Assembly (NCBI GenBank): GCA_965112735.1
Contig: OZ218959.1
Location: forward strand, 186,001-250,000
Length of the DNA stretch: 64,000 nt
DNA from: Phaeosaccion multiseriatum
Lineage: Eukaryota > Protista > Ochrophyta, other classes
Direction of reading: 5' to 3'
Shown: piece after piece, positions 26,101-37,698 of the stretch
How positions within the stretch are numbered: position 1 is the first letter of the stretch
Layout of the letters: each line of letters opens with the position of its first letter
Program-made: the position numbers and the translations under genes
Notes under the pieces: generated by a model
Told to the model about the DNA's origin: nothing
Databases searched by the model: none
What the model saw: the letters and a program-made list of their open reading frames with translations, nothing else

Positions 26101-26667
26101 ATCCACTGCCATCCCGTGTGCAGGAGCGAACGAGCAAGCGCAACGCTGACGAGAGGGCGCAGCGAGCACGCCGCAGAGCGTGGCTGGCAGGCCAGGCAAA
26201 GCGAGAGGTCAGCGAGAAGCATATGGGCGGGCATATGAGCTCTTCCTTTGCTCTTCCTTTCCTCTTCCTCACAATCTTGTCCTCCTCCTTCCTCCTTCCC
26301 CTCCTGCCCACACCAACAGATGGCAGCAGCGGTGGAGATCCAACGCATCTTCCGCGGCTGGCGAGGTGTCCTGCAGGCGCGCGTGTGGGCCCTCAAACGT
26401 GCCCAAGTCGAAGGCCTCAAAGCCGTCCTGCACGAGGCAGCCACCGCCATCCAGAGAGTGTACAGAGGCCACTTGGGCAGGGAGGAGGCCAGGGAGGTGC
26501 GCATGGAGCTCGCTGAGTGGATTGCGAGGACGAGGGTGAAGGAAGCCCAGGCGGACATTAAGGACTACTGGGACACTCATGAGTGGACGAGGAAGCAGGA
26601 CCAGCTGCTCTCTACGCTGCGAGGCCTGCTGCCGGGCACCAAGAGAAAGGCGACAAAGCTGCAGTAG
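185..26667 (+). CDS. Giant multi-exon coiled-coil protein with two C-terminal IQ motifs (5'-partial, ~45 exons, ~3,250 aa in window); function unknown, possibly flagellar or cytoskeletal
   Basis: Phase-consistent exon chain traced by hand (approx.): 185-1513, 2089-2156, 4449-4748, 4921-5043, 5449-5549, 5916-6041, 6226-6350, 6661-6726, 6959-7057, 7534-7773, 7918-7995, 8232-8418, 8765-8910, 9236-9400, 9686-9874, 10198-10617, 11145-11527, 11760-12221, 12423-12723, 12936-13206, 13571-14016, 14410-14622, 15167-15343, 15634-15780, 16034-16095, 16287-16348, 16904-16976, 17927-18263, 18478-18653, 19118-19230, 19386-19611, 20526-20682, 21064-21187, 21395-21531, 22005-22275, 22410-22934, 23116-23312, 23805-23855, 24100-24189, 24389-24479, 24873-25027, 25318-25497, 25630-25786, 26124-26207, 26320-26667 (TAG). 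Needs one frame correction near the G-run at ~1238-1246 and four GC donors. Many E/K/R/L helical segments. The flagellar guess is inference only. Confidence 0.75.
682..810 (+). repeat. Coding 18-bp tandem repeat ([12 protein letters not shown], ~7 copies)
   Basis: ggacagtgccagtgctat repeated inside exon 1. Confidence 0.9.
2265..4355. repeat. Intronic minisatellite, 18/20-bp unit ctgtcccaccatctctct(ct), ~110 copies
   Basis: Directly visible. Lies in intron 2157-4448 and produces stop-free ORFs in all six frames. Confidence 0.97.
5051..5312. repeat. (GGAA)n microsatellite, intronic
   Basis: Visible just after the donor at 5044. Confidence 0.95.
5551..5860. repeat. 21-bp minisatellite (ctgctgccttccatccat-type), intronic
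   Basis: Tandem copies fill intron 5550-5915; gives the ICCLPS repeat in the ORF track. Confidence 0.85.
7068..7392. repeat. (GGGA)n microsatellite, intronic
   Basis: Near-pure tract. Similar tracts at 18656-18940, 21534-21615, 32178-32270, 58882-58960 and 60733-60908. Confidence 0.97.
10428..10508 (+). repeat. (GAG)n coding repeat (poly-Glu ~27)
   Basis: Inside exon 10198-10617. Confidence 0.9.
16365..16540. repeat. (GAGT)n microsatellite, intronic
   Basis: Directly after donor 16349. Confidence 0.95.
17265..17925. repeat. Degenerate (ACTC/CCCT)n microsatellite, intronic
   Basis: Runs up to the acceptor at 17926. Confidence 0.9.
19704..20200. repeat. (GACT)n microsatellite, intronic
   Basis: Directly visible. 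Followed by an 18-bp tgtgacttgatcgtggtc array at ~20275-20349. Confidence 0.95.
20683..20920. repeat. ~31-bp minisatellite (ggtaggctggacacattagaggcatatgggg, ~7-8 copies) starting at the donor
   Basis: The first copy includes the donor GT at 20683. Confidence 0.9.
23495..23700. repeat. ~25-bp minisatellite (aagtcgatgtccatgtcgaggccca, ~8 copies), intronic
   Basis: Directly visible. Single related words at ~15452 and ~18324. Confidence 0.9.
26329..26490 (+). other. Two IQ calmodulin-binding motifs in the last exon of the giant gene
   Basis: [15 protein letters not shown] and [15 protein letters not shown] match the IQxxxRGxxxR consensus, the second fully. Confidence 0.85.
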
Positions 26668-26829
26668 GCTCGATCCTCACAGTTGGCGTGGACTACAGTC
26701 GGCGTAGTAGGAGCATAATTTGTCAACACTTCAGAGTGGAGAGCATCGCTCGGGAGTTGTGTAGTTACAAATACAACATTTTACTTCTTGTTGCTTCGTA
26801 GTACTAAAAATGCGGCCTATCTCCATATA

Positions 26830-26862
<33 letters not shown>

Positions 26863-27482
26863 GTCTCTGTCTCTGTCTCTGTCTCTGTCTCTCTCTGTCT
26901 CTCTGCCTCTGCCTCTGTCTGGCTTCATCTCTGTCTCTCTCTGTCTGGCTTCATCTCAGTCTCAGTCTCTGTCTCTGTCTGTGGCTCTGGCTCAGGCTCT
27001 GTCTCCATGTTTGTCTCCGTCTCTCTGTCTCTCTGTCTCTGGCTCTGGCTCTGGCTCTGTTGTCTCTGTCTTTTGTCTTTGTTCTGTCGAGCCAAGCTGC
27101 CGAGCTTCCTCTCTTCCTTCCTTCTTTGCTTGCTTCCTCTCTTCTATTCCTTCCTCCCTTCCTTCCATCCATCTTTCTTTTCCTCGCTTCCGTCCGTCCT
27201 TCCTTCCTTCCTGCCCTACAGAGCTTGGGAGCAAGCCCCAACCTTATGTATGTATGTGTGTGTCTATTATAATTAAATATTATTTGTTCGTTGTAAAAAG
27301 ACTTTGGAAGAGTCTAAGAATAGTAGAGGAAGTCTATAGGAGCGAGGCCCTTGCCGTAACGTGACTCTCTCTCTCTCTCTCTCCCTCTCTCTTGACATCG
27401 ATGCTACATGCCACCGGCATCGATCGAGGTCAATCAACTGAAAGTGAAACTGTCACCCCGCTCAGCTGTCCTGCCCACCAAG

Positions 27483-28021
27483 CTACCACTGCTGTATCAC
27501 CAACTGCTCCAGGCGGCCCACCTCTCTGGCAGCTGCTACGAGAGCTTGGGCCTCCTCCCTGCCCAATTGCTGCCCCGCACAGCTCAGCACCGCCCGCAGG
27601 CCCGCCCTGCCCAGCATCGCGCCCCCCTGGGACTGGGACGACACACCCCCCTGGGACAGCGGTAGGCCCTCCCTCTCCCCCTCCATTGCCTGGGGCTGGA
27701 CCGTTGTTACAATTGCTTGAGACAGGGCCCTTTGGAGGCTGTCGAGGACGGCTTGCACGGCCCGAACGTCGCCATCTGCAGCGGACAGCATCGAGTCGTA
27801 CAGCATGTACAGGGGTTCACTACCCATAGGACTGGGGCTGCTATCACCGCCTCGCCCCCCTCCCTGCTGCTGCTGTACCACCAACTGCCCTCCCTGCCCT
27901 CCGCCGCCATGTTCGTGCAGCAGAGGCAGCAGAATCTTCACCCCTACGGCACCCCTGCCCTGCTTGACAAAACTCTGCAGCACGGCACACAGCAGCAGCA
28001 GGGGGGAGGGCGCCTCAGCCT

Positions 28022-28074
<53 letters not shown>

Positions 28075-31000
28075 AGGAGGGAGCCAATCGCCGCCTGCTG
28101 TATCACCAACTGCTGTCGCTGCTGCTCCTCCTCCTCCCCCTCCTCTAGCACGCCCCCCTCGCCCCCCCCGACGAGAGCCGCTGCCATGGCTTGATAGTGC
28201 ATCACCCCAGGGCGGAAGTCCGCCCTCTGCTGCACACGCGCCCACAGTCCTTGTGCCGCTCGGGTCAGTCCCCCCTGTGCGCACGCTCTCAGCGCCAGCA
28301 GAAAGGCCACCGACGGGGCGCTGCCCATATGACTGGTGCTGCTCCTGCCACTGCGGCCGCTACCGATAGGAGCGTCAGGCTTCGCTGTCCCGCCTTGCGC
28401 CCCTGCCCGGCCTTGATGGTCGACACGCTCCTCCTCCTCCTCGAGGAAGTCAGTGAACACGTCGAGGGCCTCCCTCCATTGCCCCGCAGCGAGGCATGCG
28501 TGCATCGCCGTAGAGTACGCCCAAGGCGACACCGGCACCGCCCTCTGTACCACCAACTGCTGCCCCCCATCCACTGCCATCCGTCCACCCTTGATCTGAT
28601 GCAGTGTGTCCACTGCCTCCCTCCATAGCGGCGGGGACACGCGAGCATAGGCCCTGAGCAGGGCAAGCAGCTCCCTCGGACCGGGTCGCAACTCCGACCC
28701 TCCACTGCCATCCCCCTGTAGCCTGGCAGTGTCCTCCATGTCGCTCAGTAGCTGCTTGCAAAGGGCCCATTGGCCGGTGCGGGCACACACGTCAAGCGCT
28801 GCTCTATAGGCAAGGCGAGGGGTGGGGCGGGGGAGGGAGTCGAGCACAGACAGAGCACAGGATACACCATGCACCTGAGGGGCGGGAGGGCGGGGGAGGA
28901 GGGGATGGCAGTGGATGGGGAGGGGAGGTGAGGGGAGAGGGAAGGGGGGGGGGGGAGAAGGGAGGGGAGGGGAAGGGAGGGGAAGGGATGGGAGAGGAAG
29001 AGAGGGGAAGGGAGGGGAAGGGAGAGGAGGGGAATGGAAGGGAGGGGAAGGGAGAGGAGGGGAATGGAAGGGAGGGGAAGGGAGAGGAGGGGAAGGGAGG
29101 GGAAGGGAGGCAGAGACGCAGGCGGGGTAATGCAGGGTTCAGAACGAGAATGGGGTTGAGGTTGGGGCCGAGGCTGAGGCTGAGTTTGGAGTTTCACACA
29201 GAACGTTCCACGCGCACACACGCACATGCACACGCACACACACACACACCTGCCCAGTGAGGGAGACGAGCAACGCTGCCGCCGTCGGATAGCCGCCCAG
29301 CGACATGGCCACTGCTTGCCTCCGCGCCTCCTCCTTCTCCTCCTTCTTCTCCTCCTTCTCCTCCTCCTCCTCTTCCTTCTCCTCCTCCTCCTCCTGGCTG
29401 GCCGAAGGGCCCCTGTGCCCCCCCTCGCCTGGCGGTGGCCGTACCACCAACTGCTTAAGCAGCCCCTCCTCGAGAAGGCGCAAAGCCGCGGCGGGGTGTC
29501 CCGCTTCCCTTCCCGTCCTCGCCGCGATGACGAGCGACGAAGGTGTGAGCTGCTGGCAAGGGAGGAAGTGAGGCAAAGAGAGGGACGGGAAGGGAAGGTG
29601 TGAGCTGCTGGCAAGGGAGGAAGTGAGGCAAAGAGAGGCAAAGAGAGGGGGGCGGGATGGGCGGGATGGGTCATTGTGCAGAGCGTAAGTGAGACGGACC
29701 TCAAGTCAGTGAAAAGACAGAGCAGCGTGAGAGCGTGCCAGCCGTCAGTCAGTCGGTCAGTCAGTCAGTCAGTCAGTCTGGTAGTCCAACGAGTCAGTCA
29801 GTCTGCCGGTCTGTACCTGCGTGGCTCTGCGTGGCATCTCCTGAAGGACAATCTGTTGAGTGACGTCCCAGCGACCGCCGCTCTCCGCAGCCCGCAGGAG
29901 TGTGTCCCACACAAGGGTGTCAGGACTGATGCCGTCGGCCTCCATCTCGGTAGCCAACCTGACAGAGGGAGGGGGAGGGGGGGGGCGGGGTTGTGTTGGG
30001 CTGTGCCAGGATGTAACCGTAACCAGAGGCCAAAGCGCACATGAGCTACAAGTTGTACTAAAGTAGCACACCTCTACTTCCTCTCTTTCCCATCCCCTCT
30101 TCCTCTTCCTCCTCCTCCCCCTCCTCCTCCTCCGCTTCCTTTTGCACGCACACACGCACGCACGCACCTCAAAGCCGCGTCAACCTCTCCCGCGCGTCCG
30201 CACGCCTGCATAGCAAGCGTCCACGCTACTCTGTCGGGCCTGCACAGAGGTACCCCCCCCTCCTTGTCGCCCCTCATGGTCTGCAGCAGTCGCAGTGCCT
30301 CCCTCCACTGGCCGGCCCTGCCGCACGCCTTGATGGCCAGGCTCCAGTGCACTACGTTGGGCTCCACGCCCGCCCGCCGCATCAAACCCCCCTCCCGTCC
30401 ACTGCCATCTCCCTCCCCCTCCTGTCCACTGCCATCCCCCCCTCCCACGAAAGAAAGAGCTTCCCTCCAACGGCCGGAGAGGGCGAGAGCCTCAAGCACT
30501 GCCGAGAACAGAAACGCGTCAGGTGCGGGTGCGTGTGTGGGTGCGGGCGCCGCCCCCTCTCCCCTTGGCCTCCCCCTGAATGGCTCCAACACGGTGAGTG
30601 CGTCTTGCCAGCGCCCCGCCTCCCCCAACGCCCTCACTGCGCTGCTCAGAGAGCTCAGTCCCAGGCCGCCCCTTCCACTGCCATCCCGTCCCCGCCTTGT
30701 CCTTGTCCTTGTCCTAGGTCCGTCCTCGGCGACCACGGCAGACAGCGCATGGGGGAGGAGGCGCCAGGCAACATCTGCTGCCATCCGCCGCAGTTCCAGT
30801 TTGGCGGCCTCCCCTTCCTCCCCGCCATGGTCGTCAAACTCAAATTCATTGTGTGCATCGCCAAACCGCCATTGCTCGTCATGGGGCGCCCTCCTCCCCG
30901 AGGGAGGCAGGGAGGCGAAGCGGGACGCCTCCGCCGCGCAGGAGAGGAGGGACTCCACCAGGCAGTCGGCACTCCCGTCCCTGTGAGTGGCTGTACCACC

Positions 31001-33729
31001 AATTGCTGGACTGCCATCCCTGCTACTACTTGTACTAGTAATCCTCCTCCCCGCCCTGACCTCCTGCTCCTGTGCTGCCACTGCTGCCACCACTGGCTGC
31101 TGCCGCACCGCCGACGGCAACACCATCACTCCGTCGGCAACAGCGAAGTCGAGCAGCTGCAGTGCCTCTGTCCACCGCCCCGCGCCTCTGCACACCGTCA
31201 CCGCCGCGCAGTACGCGATGGCATCCACCGCCCCCGCCCCTGTCCCTGTCCTTCCTCCTCCCGCTGCTGGAGCTACAACCTCCTCCTCCTCCTCCTCCTC
31301 CCTCCCCCCCGTATGACTGGATAACCAACTGCTGTATGACCAACTGCGGCCGCGCAAGGCGTGCAAGAGCTGCAGAGCACTCCGCCAATCCCCTCCATGT
31401 CCTCCATGTCCTCCATGTCCGTCTCCCTCCCATCCACACGCAGCAATGGCCACAGTGTAGGCTCTGGCGTCCCTCGTCTGTTGCCCCCACTGCTCACTCA
31501 GAGAGCGCAAGAGCTCCACCGCCGCCTCCCCCCTCCCCTTCCCCTTTCGCTCCCACTCCCGCCTCTCCTCCTCCTCCTCCCACTCTCCCTTCCCTCCCCT
31601 CTCCTCCTCCTCTTCCTCCTCCTCCTCCCCCTCTATTGCCGTGCTTGAAACCGTTGTAACTGCCCTGACGGCGTTGCGAAAGAGCGCTATGGGGGGGGCG
31701 ATGTGCGGGCTCTGCTTGAGAGACTCGAGCAGTGAGAGAGCGTCGCCAGAACGGCCCAGTCTGGAGCAATGACGACCACAATGAGAAGGACAGCAAGGAA
31801 AGAGTAGGGGAGGACGCGGGGGGCGCTTAGCACTTGGGGTGCTGCAGGAAAGAGCAGCAACAATGACTCATGTATCGACTGCGATAGAAGAAGGGGGGAA
31901 GAAAGTAAGGAAGGAGAGGAGAGGAGAGAACGGAAGAAAAGAAGGGGCCGTCCTGCAGAGCATGTCCCTCTTAGCAAGGAACCCTATATATACATGCATA
32001 TATATACGCCGTCCGCCCTCCCTACCTTGCACATGCCTCCATGGCGAGATCGAAGCAGCGCTCGTCCGGGGAGATTTTGCTTCTCCAGGCAGAGAAGAGG
32101 GCCCACGCCTCCTCCGCCATTGAAGAGTCAAGGCAGGCTTGCAGGGCGAAGCTGAGGGGCGGGCGAGGAAGGTGGGGAGGGAGGGAGGGAGGGAGGGAGG
32201 GAGGGAGGGAGGGAGGGAGGGAGGGAGGGAGGGAGGGAGGGAGGGAGGGAGGGAGGGAGGGAGGGAGGGAGCGAATTACTCTCAAATGGATTCCTCAGGT
32301 CCCTCAACGCACGACTTTCGTTCCACTCACTCCCACACACACACCCCGTCCACACAGCCTCTGTCCTGACACCCACCCAGACATCCACAGTCCTGACACC
32401 CCATCGTACCTCCACATCTGGGCGTCAGGCCTGATACCCTCCTCGTGAAGCTCCGCAAACAAGCGCAGCGCTGTGAGGCCCGACGGTGGCGGCTGAGCCG
32501 GAGCCTGAGCCCCCTCCCATCCAGTGCCATCCCTCCTCTGAGGTTGAGAGTCCCCCCCCCCTCCCCCTGTGTTCCTGCACAGGGCAAGCAGGCAGTGGTA
32601 GGTGACCCCCGTGGGCTTGATGCCCTCTGCCCGCATGCGTTGGAGGAGCTGCAGGGCCCTCTCTCTGTTGCCGGCCCTACCCAGAGCTCGCATTGCCGAG
32701 GTGTAGAGGAAGGCGTTGAGGGGTACACCCCTGTTGGGCAGATCCTCCAGCAGCTGTGCAAGTGGAGGCGCATGGGGGGTCAGATGGAGGCACATGGATG
32801 ATGGGTCAGATGGAGGCATATGGATGATGGGTCAGATGGAGGCCTATGATGGGTCAGATGGAGGCATGTGATGGGTCAGATGGAGGCACATGGGGGGTCA
32901 GATGGAGGCATATGGATGATGGGTCAGACGGAGGCACATGGATGATGGGTCAGATGGAGGCATATGATGGGTCAGATGGAGGCATATGATGGGTCAGATG
33001 GAGGGATATGAGGGGGTCAGATAGAGACACGTACAGCAAGCGCTCGCTCCCACTGCCCAGCCCTGCCCCAAGCGGTGATGGCGCTGTTGTAGACCATTGC
33101 GTCTGGCTCTAGCCCATGCGCCTCCATGCTGGCCAGCAGGGCCGACAGCTGCTGCACCTGACCGCCCTTGGCCGCGCAGGCGATGGCGTGTGTGAAGCAG
33201 CCCCTGTCCGGGGCAAGGCCGCTCTGCTCCATGTCCTGGAGAAGAAGCATGCAGGTGGGGGTATCTCCACGAGCCTGGGGTAAGGGACCAGAGGATACAA
33301 CCAAAGGAGGTCATGTGGTTATTGAGTCTGTGGCAAACAGCTTCGGGGAGACGAGGAGCGTATCACCAACAAGCCTGTAGCCCCCACTGGGCTGTGCTCT
33401 GGGGCCTCTCCGCTGTGCTCGACACATCCCATCACGCAGTCATAGCTCTCCCTCTCTCTCTTCAGTCCATCCCAAGCTTTCTTTCTCGCTCTCTCTCAGC
33501 CCCCTCACGCCCTGCCCGACCCCACTCTCCCCTCCCAAGCCCACCCACCTTGCACAGCACCAGCAGCAGCTGAAAAGTCTGCTCAGAGGGTGTCAGGCCC
33601 CAATCATTTCGCATCTGCCGCAGCAAAGACATGCCCACGTCCGCCCGCCCCTCGCGAACGCACGCACGGATGGCCAGGTTGAAGGTCTTTACACCCGGGG
33701 TCACCCCATCCGGGGGGGGCAGAGGTGCG

Positions 33730-33765
<36 letters not shown>

Positions 33766-35633
33766 ACTACTGGCGGTGGCTCCCCTGCCGCCCCTGTCCC
33801 ATGCGATGTCCCTGCCCCTGCCCTAAGCAATGCCCCAGCCTCCTCCCGCATGACCTTGAGCAGCCTGACGGCCTCTCTCCAGTCGCCCCTGTGGCTGCAG
33901 CACGACAGCGCCGCGTTGTATGTGTGTACTGAGGGGCGCACGCCCTTCTCTTTCATGCCCGCCATGAGGCGTCGCACTTGCCCGTGCAGACCGCTCTTGC
34001 CAAGCGCCGTGATGGTGTAACTGTAGCTCGACCCGTCCGGAGGCGGGGGCGCGAAGCGAGCGCCTGCTCTGCCCCCCCCCCCCATGGCCTCGAGGACAGC
34101 AAGCGCCTCCTTCCCTCTCTTCGCCAAGTTGAGGGCGTCCAAGCAAGCATTGTAAACCTCGATATTCCCCCGGCGGGGCTCCTGCCTGTGCTCCTGCTCC
34201 CCCACGCCCACCGCCTCTGCTCGCTGCCCTTGCCGTTGCCCGTGCTCTTGCCCAGCTAGCCCCCGCCAGCCCTCGCCCTCCTCGTACTCGTCCATGGCTT
34301 GCAGCACCTGCTCCCATTGCCCCTCCATGCCCAAGTCCCGGAGGCGCTTGGCCAAGACCTCGTCCTCGTCGAGCTCTCTGTCCTCCGCTTCATCGCCCCG
34401 CCCCTTGCCTGTCTCCCCGCTGCTGCTGATGATGCTGTTGCTGCTGCTGTTGCTGCTGCTGCCCTCTCTCCTGGTGCTAGTGGCGCTTGTCTCCTCCTCG
34501 CCTCGCCATGGGCCCTCTCTCGATCTCGAGGTGCGCTGCCGAGCGTCCTCGTGCGGCTGGACATTGACATGCACATCGACATCGACTTCGAGACTCACGT
34601 CCACCTTGACTTTGTGGGACATGTGAGAAGGAGGTTGGGGAAGAGGATGGGGAGGAGGAGGAGGAGGTGTTCGCCGCTGCAGTCTGGAGACGGGCCAGTC
34701 TGGAGGCGAGAAGCCGTCGAAACCGTCGAAGCCGTCGCCACCGACGTAGGAGGAAGAGGAGGGAGCTGCCGACCCAGCCAAGGCGGAACAGGGCTCCCTG
34801 TCGTTCGTGTTGGGTCCCCTCTTGTTGGGCCCCCTCTTGTGGCGGTATCCCCCGCTCGGCGCCTGGTGCGAGGGGCTGCGGCGCTGCATCATCATCATCC
34901 TCGCCGGCGGAGGGGCCGAGGGAGGGGAGTCTAGAGAGGACGAGCGGCGCCACCCCTCTGCCTCTGCCCCTGCTTCTGTCTCTTCTTCTTGCGGCGCTGC
35001 GTCTGCTGCCTTTTCCTCCCCACACAGCGGGCGCCCCGCATCAGCAGCCCCTCTCGCCACTGCCAATGCTGATGGTGCCACCCGCGGCCTTCTCCTCTCC
35101 TTGCTGCTTCCTACGACGTCCAGGGAGGCTTGTGCTGTGGCACCAACTACTCCTGCTTCTCCAGTCCGTGCTCCTGCTCCCTCCCTTCGCGACTGGTGCA
35201 GACAGGGAGAGACGAACGAAAGCATTCCCTTCGCAAGAGCCGGCGAGTTTTCCGCCGCGCCCTTCCTGCCACTCTCAGTACCGTGCTCTTCGATGAGTAC
35301 CTCTCCCTCAGTGCCCCTCTCCTCTCTCCCTCTTCGTGAGGCAGTGGTCGCAGGAGCAACCGCAGCACTGCTGACAGGCCTACCAGGGGCACATCTCCCG
35401 GCTGCTCCCACACAACTCTCCGCAGTAATCCTCCCAGAAGCGGGAGAAGAGGAGGCCGCTGCCGCTGCGTCTGCACTCGCCCCCGTCCTCCCGGGTGGTG
35501 ACAGAAGGAGGAGGGAGGCAGTGACACCCACCATCGCCTCTAACCCCCGCCACCAGGCAGAGAGTGACCACCTCCACGCCACCCATCCCCCCGCAGCACC
35601 CCGCCAAGGATGCTCCCCCCCTGCGCCAGGCAT
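27483..35633 (-). CDS. Large P-class pentatricopeptide repeat protein with low-complexity insertions (8 exons, ~2,070 aa), probably organelle-targeted
   Basis: Exons 35633-33549, 33274-33035, 32753-32410, 32151-32026, 31760-30168, 29958-29817, 29549-29250, 28874-27483, all phase-consistent. Splicing rebuilds exact 35-aa PPRs, e.g. EQTFQLLLVLCK|ARGDTPTCMLLLQDMEQSGLAPD. Other PPR motifs: PSVHTYNAALSCC, PDAMVYNSAITAWGRAGQWERA, PNVVHWSLAIKACGRAGQWREA. The start could instead be MVGVTASLLLLS (signal-like). Confidence 0.88.
32772..33020. repeat. Intronic minisatellite (gatgggtcagatggaggcatat), ~10 copies
   Basis: Fills intron 33034-32754 of the PPR gene. Confidence 0.9.
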
Positions 35634-35889
35634 GATGGGACAATTGGGGGGGGCGGGCTAAGCCTCCCCCCCGCTATGAATGGGAGGACCTATCTTCATG
35701 GTAGCCCACTTCCTTGCCTTGAGCAGCCTAGGTCACGCTTCCCTTCGTGTGCACGTGACGCCTTAAAGCGTATAGCTCAAGCAAAGAAGGTTTATAAGTC
35801 CTATCTACGTTCGCTTGCATCATGTGGGCAAGGAGAAACACTGAAACTGAAACTGAATCTCCTCCACCCATATCCCTTTATACAGGATA
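35634..35889. promoter_or_regulatory. Short bidirectional promoter between the PPR gene (-) and the LYR gene (+)
   Basis: Divergent ATGs ~256 bp apart. Contains gCACGTGacg (~35751-35760) and a (ctgaaa)x3 tract (~35841-35857). Confidence 0.55.
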
Positions 35890-36233
35890 ATGGTCGCTAC
35901 GGGGAATGCGACGTTGTCGCTGTACCGGCGCATGCTCCGGACGGTGCAGAGCATGCCCAAGTCTAGCCTGCGCCTGCACGTCGACAAGAGGGTTCGCGCT
36001 CAGGTGAGTTGGCCTTCGCCTCCCACTCTTCCCTTCCCCCTCGTCTCCCCTGACCTCTCTCTCGCCTTGCTTGTCTGGTACAGTTCCGCAAGGACGTGAA
36101 GGTGACAGACAAGAAGGAGGTGCAGTTCCTCTTGAACCTCGGGGAGACGAACCTCGACACCATCATCGAGCAGAAGAAGACCCTCGAGGCGCAGCGACAC
36201 CTCGAGATGCAGGAGTGGAGAGCGATCCGATAA
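35890..36233 (+). CDS. LYR-motif (Complex1_LYR family) small mitochondrial protein, 2 exons
   Basis: Exon 35890-36003 MVATGNATLSLYRRMLRTVQSMP...VRAQ; exon 36084-36233 FRKDVKVTDKKEVQFLLNLGE...RAIR*. Has LYR plus the downstream FR..D...I..LL..G pattern typical of the family. Confidence 0.85.
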
Positions 36234-37576
36234 GTGTGCAGAGAACGATCCTCTCTCTGGCTGTGGTCCCATCTACCCTTCGCTTCTTAGGCAGAGTATC
36301 TAGCCAAGCAGCGTGTGCTCCAGCTCGTGGTCCGTCCGTCCCTCAGCCGCCGCCGCTGTGAGTTGAGTGGCCGAGCTGCTTCTGCTCGTGCATAGGGATA
36401 TGAGAGGAAAGGCCAGATTCGACGCTATCGCTGGCCTACAAGCAGGCAGCAGGGACAGAGCTCGGATGCAAGAGCACCGCCGGCCAGCAGGAGGGAATAA
36501 CACCTTGTCCACGAAGAACTCGGGGCCTGTCCCGGCCAAGTACAGCGACCCCAGGAGCCCCATCACCTAGCCTCTCGGTCTGGGCACCCTCAGCTCGGCA
36601 ATTTCCTCTTGTCGAAGGTCCCTGCTCCTCAATGTCAACAGTGGCCTTGTGAGTTTGGGCCTCAGAGAGGGGGAGAGCGTTCTCTCCGTAGGGTTACAGG
36701 TGCGAGAGTGCTGCCCTCACCCTCCAGGCCAAGTCACGACATCACAGCTCAGGAAGCCGTTTCTCGGCATGGATGAGAAGGCCTTGTGGTGTACGCTGTG
36801 CGTTATGTTTGTTGCGGACGTTAGTGGAGTGCCGGATCCCGACAAGAACGTCTGTCGGAGAGAGTCGCAGCGTAGGATTACGCGGAGAAGGCGGCTGGCC
36901 TCCCAAGCTCCATAGCGCGTACGGAAGGAGGAGAGAGTCGAGCGGGTCATATGCCTGCGCTCCTACCGGCCCTCCGAGAGTCTGAGGACGGCGAGCGGAG
37001 AGCGAGGCTGCTTCTGACTTGGCGGGGGCCTGGGTGGGCTTGTGACTTGGCCGCCTTTTTGCCGCGCTTGGCTCCACTTTGGCTTCTCTCAGCTGCACTT
37101 TGACTGCCCAGCATGGGAGTGATATGCTCGTGGAAAGCGCTTTGTGAGGGCCTCCTGGTGCCTCCCTTCGACACCGCGGAGAGGGTCATGTGAGTGTGTG
37201 TGTTTGCGGCTCTTCTTCTGGCTTACTGGCCTTACGAAGTGATGAGAGGGGGGGGGGGCAGGCACGACGCTGAGGCACTGCACGGAGTCTCCAACTCGAG
37301 GGAAGAGGGGGGTGTGTGGTGCGTGGTGCTTGTGTCGAGGGAGAGGGGGGTTGGCATGGGGGGCATCACGACCCTCTCGGGGCCACTCTCTCAGCGGGAA
37401 GGAGGGGTTACGGCCTTAGCTTAGTATACTTCACGCACGAGTCTGTAAGGACACTCTCCCTGTTGTAGATCGTTTGTTATGGCTGAAATGAAAGAAAAAA
37501 AGAAAAAATCACATTTGTATCACCAACTTGTTTCCCACCTCTCCCCCCCTCGAGGGCCCCGGAGACACAGCGACAC

Positions 37577-37614
<38 letters not shown>

Positions 37615-37698
37615 TCAGTTTCTTAAATACCTCTCCCCCCCTCTTATATTAGATCTTCCCTTCTGGTCAGGATTTACAGCATAGCTTCATCTCCACAT

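Noticed and set aside
36300-37424. Short overlapping ORFs between the LYR and sulfotransferase genes
   Set aside because: No recognisable domain or consistent exon chain; left unassigned.
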